The notes below the pieces were generated by a model. The model searched no databases, was not told where the DNA came from, and saw only the letters and a program-made list of their open reading frames with translations. A DNA stretch of 64,000 nt from an uncultured Rickettsiales bacterium. GTDB lineage: Bacteria; Pseudomonadota; Alphaproteobacteria; Rickettsiales; JALZUV01. Both the position numbers and the translations under genes were made by a program. Every line of letters starts with the position of its first letter. Position 1 is the stretch's first letter. The DNA is taken from positions 299,899 to 363,898 of the forward strand of contig CAZZJS010000001.1 in NCBI GenBank assembly GCA_964654855.1, given 5' to 3'. Below, one piece after another: positions 56,201-64,000 of the stretch.

Positions 56201-56854
56201 ATGATTGCCAAATTTTATTCTTATTTTCGTTCTTCAACGGCTTACCGGCTGCGTATCGCGTTGAACTTGAAGAATGTGACTCCCAAAGAGACGGTATTTG
56301 TGAATTTGCTTAAAGGTGAACAGCATGGTGAGGCCTATAAGGCGGTGAACCCAGCGAGTGCTGTACCTGCTTTTGAACTTGAGGATGGAACGGTTCTGAC
56401 TCAATCCACAGCGATGCTAGAATGGTTGGAGGAAAACTATCCTGATACGCCATTATTACCTGATGATTCTGTATTACGAGCGAAAGTGCGAGCGTTTGCA
56501 AATGTGATTTCGTCAGAAATGCATCCGATCAATAATTTACGGATTTTGAAATATCTTGTGGGTGAGCTATCGCTTGAAGATTCGCAGAAGCTACAATGGA
56601 TGCATCACTGGATGCATAAGGGCTTTGCAGTATGCGAGACTATGCTGGAAGGTCAAAAGGGCGACTTTTGCTTTGGGAATACTCCAACACATGCAGATAT
56701 TTGCTTAGTGCCACAAATATACAACGCGCTACGATTTAAGGTTGATATGTCAGCCTATCCAAGGTTTATGGCGGTTTATGGTTATGCACTTAAACACCCA
56801 GCTTTTGCTGCTGCACAGCCTGAAAAACAACCAGATTGCCCCGGAACCTCTTAA
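56201..56854 (+). CDS. maiA: Maleylacetoacetate isomerase (GST zeta)
   Basis: FYSYFRSSTAYRLRIALNLK (SSxxxRxRIAL zeta-class motif). Confidence 0.85.
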   Translation: MIAKFYSYFRSSTAYRLRIALNLKNVTPKETVFVNLLKGEQHGEAYKAVNPASAVPAFELEDGTVLTQSTAMLEWLEENYPDTPLLPDDSVLRAKVRAFANVISSEMHPINNLRILKYLVGELSLEDSQKLQWMHHWMHKGFAVCETMLEGQKGDFCFGNTPTHADICLVPQIYNALRFKVDMSAYPRFMAVYGYALKHPAFAAAQPEKQPDCPGTS

Positions 56855-56924
56855 AAGCAGCTGTTGTAAACACTATATTAATATTTATGGTACAGATTAG
56901 TGGCTGCCCTAAAGGACAGGAAAT

Positions 56925-57299
56925 ATGTCAAAAAAGATATTAATTATTGAAGATAACGATCTTAACCTAAAGCTCTTCCGCGATTTGTTGGAAGCGAATG
57001 GTTATACAACGGTCGAAACTAAAGAAGGTTTGAACGCGCTTGATTTAGCTAAGCGTGAAATGCCTGATTTGATTTTGATGGATATCCAGCTGCCTGAAAT
57101 TTCAGGATTAGATGTGACGCGTCGTATGAAAGCGGAGCCAGAAGTTGCGGATATTCCGATTATTGCTGTGACGGCCTTTGCCATGAAGGATGATGAAGAG
57201 AAAATTCTTCGTGCCGGCTGCGAGGCCTATATTTCTAAGCCGATTTCAATTACTAGCTTTCTCGAAACAGTGAAGCAATTCTTAGATGCGGCGGCATAA
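56925..57299 (+). CDS. divK: Single-domain response regulator DivK
   Basis: [48 protein letters not shown]. Immediately upstream of pleD. Confidence 0.8.
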   Translation: MSKKILIIEDNDLNLKLFRDLLEANGYTTVETKEGLNALDLAKREMPDLILMDIQLPEISGLDVTRRMKAEPEVADIPIIAVTAFAMKDDEEKILRAGCEAYISKPISITSFLETVKQFLDAAA

Positions 57300-57302
57300 A
57301 CA

Positions 57303-58676
57303 ATGGGCGCGAAAATACTCGTCGTTGATGACGTTCCTGCTAACGTAAAACTGCTCGAAGCCAAATTGATGGCTGAATATTATGATGTTATTACGGCAGA
57401 AGATGGTTTTAAAGCGATTGAGCAGGCGAAAGAACATTCTCCAGATCTGATTCTGCTTGATGTGATGATGCCAGGGATGGATGGCTTTGAATGTTGCCAA
57501 AAACTCAAAGCAGAGATGGAAACGTCACATATTCCAGTCGTGATGGTGACTGCCCTTAACGAGGTGCATGATCGTGTCAAAGGGCTGGAGGCTGGTGCTG
57601 ACGACTTTCTGACGAAGCCAATTAATGATGTGGCGCTGATGGCGCGTTTAAAGTCGCTTGTCCGCACTAAAATGTTGGTGGATGAGTTGCGTTTGCGTGA
57701 CCAAACTGGAGCGCAAATGGGAGTGAAAAATCCAAGTGAAGCATTGTTGGCAGATGTGACGGGTGCTCGCGTATTACTGATTGATGATGATATGGCGCAA
57801 ATCAAGCGTCTCCGTGAACATTTAGCAACAGATTATGATGTGGACAGCGTTAACGAGCCCGAGCATTCGCACAATGTTGCGCTGGGTGGAAGTTTTGATG
57901 TGATTGTCATTTCAACTATGCTGGATGAAGTGGATGGTTTGCGCTTAGCGACACAGTTTAAGAGCCAAGAAGCCTTACGCCATGTGCCAATTGTGATTCT
58001 AGTGGATGAGTTCGAGCAGCATATTGTGCTGAAAGGGCTCGAAATGGGGGTGAATGACTATATTGTTGTACCTGCTGACCCAAGTGAATTGCGTGCTCGT
58101 ATACGTACTCAAGTGCGCCGAAAACGCTTCCAAGAAGCGCTTAAGTCAAACTATCAAGAAAGTCTATCAATGGCGGTGACAGATAGTTTGACGGGGCTGC
58201 ATAATCGTCATTACTTGGACACTCATCTGGAAAATATGGTTCGCAGCTCTTTGGCAAGCCATAAGCCACTCTCGTTAATTATTATGGATATGGACCACTT
58301 TAAATCTGTAAATGATGATTATGGGCATGATTGTGGAGATCAAGTTTTACAGCAGCTTGCTAAACTGATTACGGCAGATATTCGTACCTCTGATTTGGCG
58401 GCACGCTTTGGTGGAGAAGAGTTTGTTGTATTGATGCCAGGTGCAAAGTTAGAGGATGCGGTAGATGTTGCTGAGCGTACTCGAGCACGTATTGAGCGTA
58501 CACCTTTTGTCATTAATCATGAAGTTGGGCAGCTTAGTAAAACGACCAGTATTGGGGTGAGTACGCTTAACCCGATGGGGGATACGGGAGCAGAATTGCT
58601 CAAACGCGCTGACCAAGCGCTTTACCAAGCGAAAGACAATGGACGCAATAAAGTGTTCGTTACACCCAATGAGTAA
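57303..58676 (+). CDS. pleD: Response regulator diguanylate cyclase PleD (REC-REC-GGDEF)
   Basis: Two receiver domains followed by GGDEF with active-site GGEEF and an upstream RxxD-like I-site (RTSD). Confidence 0.85.
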   Translation: MGAKILVVDDVPANVKLLEAKLMAEYYDVITAEDGFKAIEQAKEHSPDLILLDVMMPGMDGFECCQKLKAEMETSHIPVVMVTALNEVHDRVKGLEAGADDFLTKPINDVALMARLKSLVRTKMLVDELRLRDQTGAQMGVKNPSEALLADVTGARVLLIDDDMAQIKRLREHLATDYDVDSVNEPEHSHNVALGGSFDVIVISTMLDEVDGLRLATQFKSQEALRHVPIVILVDEFEQHIVLKGLEMGVNDYIVVPADPSELRARIRTQVRRKRFQEALKSNYQESLSMAVTDSLTGLHNRHYLDTHLENMVRSSLASHKPLSLIIMDMDHFKSVNDDYGHDCGDQVLQQLAKLITADIRTSDLAARFGGEEFVVLMPGAKLEDAVDVAERTRARIERTPFVINHEVGQLSKTTSIGVSTLNPMGDTGAELLKRADQALYQAKDNGRNKVFVTPNE

Positions 58677-58792
58677 AATTTAACCTATTGATATTTATCA
58701 ATAGACGTTTCCCAAATTCATAAAACCTTAACATTTCTCAGCACTGTTTTTCGGTAGAATAATATGAGGTATTTTGCCTTTAAGGAGAATGA

Positions 58793-59878
58793 ATGGTTTA
58801 TACGGCTCAACATGCGATTGATGAAGCGGCTTACAAGTTAAGTCGTGGAAAGCGCTATGCGGGTGGTATGGCAGCGCGATTATTCTTGCGCTTAATGACG
58901 GCGGCTGGCGCTGCTGCAGCTGGTATGTCAGGTGCGGGGGGAGTGTTTTATGCGAGTGGCTTGTTGGGGGTTGGAACCGGTATTGGTTTGCAGGCTTATT
59001 TAAACCAAAAGGATTATGAACATAATAAACAACAACTCACGGGTATGTACCGTAAGGAGATCGCCACTTTGTTCGGTAAGGATCCCCTCGCTGTTACCGT
59101 AGATGATCTAGAAAATCTCGCAACGCAAAACCCCAGTGTTCAGCAACAGCTAGATAGAGAAAAAAACAAACGTAATGTACGAACCGGTGTTTGGCTGGCT
59201 GCAGGTGTTGCTGGTTTCGCAGTGGCAGCAGCTGTTGCGGCGGCAGGTAGTATTGGCTTAGTAGCTGGTTTAACCGGTTTTGTTGCCTTCCAGATAGCAC
59301 GTCCTATCGCTCGTGTAGCTGGAGAACAAATATATAAACTCAATGAACCAACGACGGTTGAGCTGGTTAAGTCGCTGGAATGGCAGCGCACAAAAGATAA
59401 GCAGCTAACTCATACGCAAGTATTGGAGGCTTACATTTCAGCGCATCCGCAGTTGGGAGAGGTGATTGAGAAAGGTTTCGGAGCTCCGTTAGCGCAGCTA
59501 AGCCCCGTTGACCGCCAGCGTGCGATGCTACAGTTTGGTGATCAGATTAAATTAGATGAAGTAACTACAGCGATTAATGAAAATCGTATGAATGCGCGTG
59601 AGCTTGTCTTTGCGGTGCATGGCCAGAGTTCAGGTGCCTATGCGGATACGAGTTACAGAGAGCATTGGGATAATGGTGTTGCGCGGGCAAAAGACAGGGC
59701 ACGTACGGTACAAAATAACGTAAAGCAGGCAGGCACTAGAGCATTCAATAATGTGAAGCAGTTTGTCAGTTCCGAAAAAAAGGCAGATGAGCCTGAAGCG
59801 GAATCAACCCAGTGGCGTGAATATGAAAATGGACGTCAAGCCGCACGTGGGAATGGTGTCACCGAGAACCGTCGATAG
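58793..59878 (+). CDS. Hypothetical membrane protein
   Basis: 361 aa. Ala/Gly-rich hydrophobic segments: LMTAAGAAAAGMSGAGGVFYASGLLGVGTGIGL and WLAAGVAGFAVAAAVAAAGSIGLVAGLTGFVAF. No family recognised. Confidence 0.5.
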   Translation: MVYTAQHAIDEAAYKLSRGKRYAGGMAARLFLRLMTAAGAAAAGMSGAGGVFYASGLLGVGTGIGLQAYLNQKDYEHNKQQLTGMYRKEIATLFGKDPLAVTVDDLENLATQNPSVQQQLDREKNKRNVRTGVWLAAGVAGFAVAAAVAAAGSIGLVAGLTGFVAFQIARPIARVAGEQIYKLNEPTTVELVKSLEWQRTKDKQLTHTQVLEAYISAHPQLGEVIEKGFGAPLAQLSPVDRQRAMLQFGDQIKLDEVTTAINENRMNARELVFAVHGQSSGAYADTSYREHWDNGVARAKDRARTVQNNVKQAGTRAFNNVKQFVSSEKKADEPEAESTQWREYENGRQAARGNGVTENRR

Positions 59879-59881
59879 TAC

Positions 59882-61651
59882 TTAAACACGCACCTTAACA
59901 TAGCGCCCAGGGGCTGCTTCAATTGAGTTTTTAATCTTACGCGCTGGGATTTTCTGTCCACCCTGTGAACGTAACCAAGCCGACCAATCCTCCCACCAAG
60001 AGCCTTCATGCTCTTCGCTTTGCTCAAACCATTCATTCGCATCGGTTGGTAAGTTATCAGCGCTACGCCAGCCATATTTCTTTTTATGGGGTGGATTAAC
60101 GACGCCGCCAATATGACCTGAGCCTGAAAGTACAAAACGGGTTTCACTCTTATAAAGCTGAGTGCTGGCATAGGTGGCGTGCCATGGGGCTATATGATCT
60201 TCTTTAGCTGAAACCATATAGCTTGGCGTGGTAATGCGGCTTGGTTCGATCTTCTCACCTGATAGAGTCAGCTTTCCTTTGGCGAAGCTATTATTCAGAT
60301 ACATCTCGCGCAAATAGAATAGATGCATCTTGGCAGGCATGCGTGTGACATCGCCATTCCAGTAAAGTAGGTCGAAGGAGAGAGGCTTTTTACCCATTAG
60401 GTAGTTATTCACCACGAATGACCAGATGAGGTCTTGCGGGCGCAGCGCGTTGAAGATTGCCGCCATTTCGTTGCCTTCAAGATAGCCGCGTGCTTCTAGT
60501 GTTTCTTCCATCACGCGTAATTGCGCTTCATCTGTGAAGATTTTAAGATCACCCGCTTTTTCAAAATCTACCATCGTGGTGAGAAAACTGGCGGAGGCAA
60601 TGCAATCCACTTCGCCTTTAGCTTCTAACCAAGCAAGTAAACAGCTAGTGAGTGTGCCGCCGAGGCAATAACCCGCAATGTGCAATTTCTCTTCCCCCGT
60701 AATATCAAGTACGGTTTGCACGGCTTCCCATGCGCCAAGCATCAAATAATCATCAAAACTAATGTTCTGGTGGTTCGCATCTGGATTGACCCATGAGATC
60801 ATAAAGATGGTAAAGCCTTGCTCTGTCAGCCATTTTACCAGTGAGTTTTCTGGCTGTAGGTCGAGAATGTAATATTTATTAATCCACGCGGGAGTAATCA
60901 ATAAGGGAGTCTTCTGTACTTTATCCGTTGTGGCTTCATATTGAATGAGCTGCATCAGCTCGTTTTCATAAACGACTTGCCCAAGCGTTGCAGCGATATC
61001 CTTGCCAAGCGCGAAGGCGTCTTTTGGTGCCATAGTGATGCGCCCTTGTTCTAGATCATGCAGTAGATTCTCTAGCCCGGTAATAATGCTTTCGCCGTTA
61101 GTTTCTAAGGCTTGATTTAAAACTTCTGGGTTGCTCCACGGGTAGTTGCTCGGTGAGAGAGCGTCGCGCCATTGTTTGCCATAAAATTCAACGAGGTGCG
61201 CACTACGATCGTCCAAATTATCATTGGCTTTATCAAGCGTTTGATCAATCCATTTAGAGGCTAATTTATACTGCTCTTTCAGGTTCTCGTAGAAAGGGTT
61301 TTGGCTCCATAAATCACTTCGGAAACGACGGTCTGTTTCCTCTGTTTTATCTTCCTGTGGAGTAGAGGAGAGGAATTGCTGAAACTGTTTCTGCCCTAAA
61401 GTGATAGACTCTGCCCACCAATCGACGCTAGCTTTGGTAATTTCTTCAGGAGATTGCTGTAAGATATTGTTTTGGAATGATAAGAATGCTTTGCTAACTT
61501 CCTGTGATAGCGGCTCGTTTGTTTGTTGATGTACCGAGTTAAAGGATGAGAATTTTTCTAAAACCTGCGGCCAGAGCTGCGCTGCCTTCTCCATATTATG
61601 TAAGAAAGTCTCGCCATTATAATCGTCATCATTTTTCATCGAATTTCTCAT
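59882..61651 (-). CDS. phaC: Class I poly(R)-hydroxyalkanoate synthase
   Basis: 589 aa. Lipase-box-like GYCLGG and a typical PhaC N-terminal region. Confidence 0.9.
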   Translation of the reverse strand: MRNSMKNDDDYNGETFLHNMEKAAQLWPQVLEKFSSFNSVHQQTNEPLSQEVSKAFLSFQNNILQQSPEEITKASVDWWAESITLGQKQFQQFLSSTPQEDKTEETDRRFRSDLWSQNPFYENLKEQYKLASKWIDQTLDKANDNLDDRSAHLVEFYGKQWRDALSPSNYPWSNPEVLNQALETNGESIITGLENLLHDLEQGRITMAPKDAFALGKDIAATLGQVVYENELMQLIQYEATTDKVQKTPLLITPAWINKYYILDLQPENSLVKWLTEQGFTIFMISWVNPDANHQNISFDDYLMLGAWEAVQTVLDITGEEKLHIAGYCLGGTLTSCLLAWLEAKGEVDCIASASFLTTMVDFEKAGDLKIFTDEAQLRVMEETLEARGYLEGNEMAAIFNALRPQDLIWSFVVNNYLMGKKPLSFDLLYWNGDVTRMPAKMHLFYLREMYLNNSFAKGKLTLSGEKIEPSRITTPSYMVSAKEDHIAPWHATYASTQLYKSETRFVLSGSGHIGGVVNPPHKKKYGWRSADNLPTDANEWFEQSEEHEGSWWEDWSAWLRSQGGQKIPARKIKNSIEAAPGRYVKVRV

Positions 61652-61807
61652 TGCGTTTCACCGTTATTGGATTATGGTTCTGTGGCGTATTTACACCGTC
61701 GCGCCGAAGAGGCTACCATAAATTGTAAATTTGTGCATTTCCCTTTTAGGCTGCGGTAAAAATATCGCGAAAGAGCAAGAAAAAGACAAAAATAACAAGG
61801 TATCGGC

Positions 61808-62860
61808 ATGGCACACTCTCTCAAGTCTCTATTGGTGTTAAGCGTTGCGGCATGTATAGGCCTCTCCGCTTGCAACAAGCTTGGCTATGGTAAGCCGCGC
61901 ACCGCTCCAGAGGGGCAGGCAATATTAGGTCCAAAGCGGATGCCTCAGCTAAATGGCGCTGAGTTGCAGAAGCAGCGCTCTATGCGTGTGCCACAACAGC
62001 AAGCGATGCAGCAGCGCCCGCAAGTGATGCCGATAATGGTGCAACACCCGCCGCAATCAATGGTACCGATGCAGCCACAAATGCAGGCACCTGCACCAGC
62101 AGCGCAGCAAATAGCGCCGCAACAAATAGCACCACAAGTTCCGGCTAATTATCCAGTAACGCCGTATAGTGCTAGCCCGCAAAGTTATCAGCCATCACTA
62201 CAGCAAGCACCTGCAGGACAATCTTACATGCAGCAACCGCAGCAACAACCTGCGGCCATACAGCAATCGGCCTATGGCGCGCCTTATGATTACGCACCGG
62301 GGAGTTATAATGCACCTGATTTGGCTCGTACGGTTAGTGTGACAGACTATTACACGCAAGATAGCGCGCAATATTCTCCTGTTGCTACGAATCAAGAGTG
62401 GTATGCACCTGCTGCTCCTGTAAAAGAGGTTTATGGGAGGCAACTTCCAGTGAGTGCGCCGGGCACTTATAGTGCCGGTTATGGTATGGACGCTGCCTAT
62501 GGTCGCTATCAAGTAGAGCCTTTGCCAGTTATGCCGCAAGAACCTTCTTACTATCAGCCGATGACCGCACGCCATGCAGATACTTATCCTGCACGCGACC
62601 CATACGCTCAGGAAGTGATAGAGCCGCAATATAATAACTTCTATTACGGTGGTGAAGGTATGCCGCAACCACAGCAGCCGTTGCAGCAGCAACCGCAAAC
62701 ACAACAAATACAGCAAGTTCCTACGCTAAATCCAGTCTCGCAGGAACGCTATTTGGAGGAAGTTATTCGTCGTCCGCTTGAGGAACCACCAATGCTTGCC
62801 ACAGAAAGCGCTTTGCCAAATCCGAATAGGCACTCAACGCCTTATTATGGCGGCTATTAG
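61808..62860 (+). CDS. Pro/Gln-rich putative lipoprotein
   Basis: Lipobox IGLSAC. Long low-complexity P/Q/Y-rich body with QQIAPQQIAPQ repeats. Confidence 0.55.
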   Translation: MAHSLKSLLVLSVAACIGLSACNKLGYGKPRTAPEGQAILGPKRMPQLNGAELQKQRSMRVPQQQAMQQRPQVMPIMVQHPPQSMVPMQPQMQAPAPAAQQIAPQQIAPQVPANYPVTPYSASPQSYQPSLQQAPAGQSYMQQPQQQPAAIQQSAYGAPYDYAPGSYNAPDLARTVSVTDYYTQDSAQYSPVATNQEWYAPAAPVKEVYGRQLPVSAPGTYSAGYGMDAAYGRYQVEPLPVMPQEPSYYQPMTARHADTYPARDPYAQEVIEPQYNNFYYGGEGMPQPQQPLQQQPQTQQIQQVPTLNPVSQERYLEEVIRRPLEEPPMLATESALPNPNRHSTPYYGGY

Positions 62861-62898
62861 AGCTTGCATCTTTTAACCTAAACTAGCACAACAGAATT

Positions 62899-64000
62899 AT
62901 GTCAGAAGAATTCCCGCGTATCGGGCGTTTGCCGCCCTATGTCTTTGCTGAAGTCAACCGTATGAAAGCGGAAGATCGTGCAGCAGGGAAAGATATTATC
63001 GACCTCGGTATGGGTAATCCCGATATGCCACCTGCGCCGCATATTATTGCCAAGCTTGCCGAGGTGGCAGCGAATCCACGCGCGCATGGTTATTCTACTT
63101 CGCGGGGTATTCCGGGGCTGCGTAAAGCGCAGGCCGCTTATTACGAGCGTCGCTTCGGGGTAGAACTTGATCCAGAATCGGAAGTGGTAGTGACGATTGG
63201 TTCCAAAGAGGGGTTAGCGAATTTAGCTTCTGCCATTACAGGAGCGGGTGATACAATGTTGGTGCCAAATCCTAGCTATCCAATTCACCCTTATGGGTTT
63301 ATTATTGCGGGAGGTAGTATTCGTCATGTACCCAAAACGGATGATAAACCGCTGATCGAAAAGCTAAAGGATGCGATTAAACATACCTCTCCCAAGCCGA
63401 AAGCGTTGATTTTAAACTATCCATGTAATCCAACGGCTGAGGTGGTGGATTTAGATTTCTACGAAGAGATTGTCGATATTTGTCGTCATCACGGTATCTA
63501 TATTCTTTCCGATCTTGCTTATGCTGAAATCTATTTTGGCGATACGCCGCCGCCCTCTATCTTGCAGGTCAAAGGTGCGCGTGATATCGCGGTTGAATTC
63601 ACCTCATGCAGTAAAACTTACTCAATGGCTGGCTGGCGCATTGGTTTTGCTGTGGGCAACAAAAAACTAGTCGGTGCTCTTACGAAGATTAAGTCCTATC
63701 TCGATTATGGTGCTTTTACGCCGATTCAGGTGGCCGCTGCCGCTGCGCTTAATGGCCCACAAAATTGCGTAGAAGAGGTGCGTGGTGTTTATAAAACCCG
63801 CCGTGATGCTTTAGTCGAAGGGCTTTCATTGGGGGGGTGGGATGTTGATATTCCTGAAGCTACCATGTTCATTTGGGCAAAATTGCCTAAAGCTTATGAG
63901 CATATTGGGTCAATGGAATTTGCAAAAATTATGCTGAAAGAGGCCGAAGTCGCGGTTGCTCCAGGGGTTGGCTTTGGCGAATATGGCGATGGTCATGTGC
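62899..64000 (+). CDS. Class I/II PLP-dependent aminotransferase (AlaC-like), 3' end beyond window
   Basis: Not in the track because it has no stop in the window. Manual translation from ATG 62899: MSEEFPRIGRLPPYVFAEVNRMKAEDRAAGKDIIDLGMGNPDMPP...NPSYPIH...NYPCNPT...SCSKTYSMAGWRIGF (PLP lysine motif). Confidence 0.85.
   Translation, partial: MSEEFPRIGRLPPYVFAEVNRMKAEDRAAGKDIIDLGMGNPDMPPAPHIIAKLAEVAANPRAHGYSTSRGIPGLRKAQAAYYERRFGVELDPESEVVVTIGSKEGLANLASAITGAGDTMLVPNPSYPIHPYGFIIAGGSIRHVPKTDDKPLIEKLKDAIKHTSPKPKALILNYPCNPTAEVVDLDFYEEIVDICRHHGIYILSDLAYAEIYFGDTPPPSILQVKGARDIAVEFTSCSKTYSMAGWRIGFAVGNKKLVGALTKIKSYLDYGAFTPIQVAAAAALNGPQNCVEEVRGVYKTRRDALVEGLSLGGWDVDIPEATMFIWAKLPKAYEHIGSMEFAKIMLKEAEVAVAPGVGFGEYGDGHV

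Noticed and set aside
62198-62716. 172-aa minus-strand ORF rich in L/R/C
   Set aside because: It is the antisense frame of the CAG/CAA/CCG-rich Pro/Gln lipoprotein gene. The open frame is an artefact of the low-complexity sequence.

Overview
This 64-kb window looks like a chromosomal segment of an Alphaproteobacterium. The evidence is an alpha-type AddB, a divK-pleD pair, GapR/DUF2312, DUF2336, and rlpA-dacC-tmk-holB-metG-tatD synteny. GC is moderate to low by eye (not computed). Genes are tightly packed, with many ATGA/TAATG junctions.

Most of the window is housekeeping:
- Isoprenoid synthesis (ispG, ispH).
- Aromatic amino-acid synthesis (chorismate mutase, hisC, tyrC).
- Methionine (metX, metW), plus panC, pyrE, ubiX, purE and purK.
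- tRNA-Val(GAC) and thiC.
- Phospholipid synthesis (psd, pssA), icd and alaS.
- Cell-wall enzymes.
- A complete Phe/Tyr homogentisate catabolic cluster (phhA, hppD, hmgA, fahA, maiA).
- divK-pleD and phaC.

Several AT-rich accessory insertions sit among these genes. In my view the most interesting are:
1. A tandemly duplicated mini-cassette at 13.4-14.25 kb. Two diverged MazE/AbrB-like small genes each carry their own promoter and terminator. They share a 39-nt identical leader with mutually exclusive hairpins and an 11-codon uORF.
2. The left-edge module at 1-3.8 kb. It has a RepA/AAA_25-type RecA-fold ATPase with an unassigned N-terminal half, followed by two tandem paralogous orphan membrane proteins.
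3. An XRE-S24 repressor-like protein in which both catalytic residues appear substituted.
4. A GT2 glycosyltransferase and a small EamA-like transporter wedged between psd and pssA.
5. Orphan genes inserted in the Phe/Tyr catabolic cluster and on both sides of thiC.

I saw no CRISPR array, rRNA, integrase or transposase. All functional calls come from reading the translated ORFs for motifs. No database search was run.
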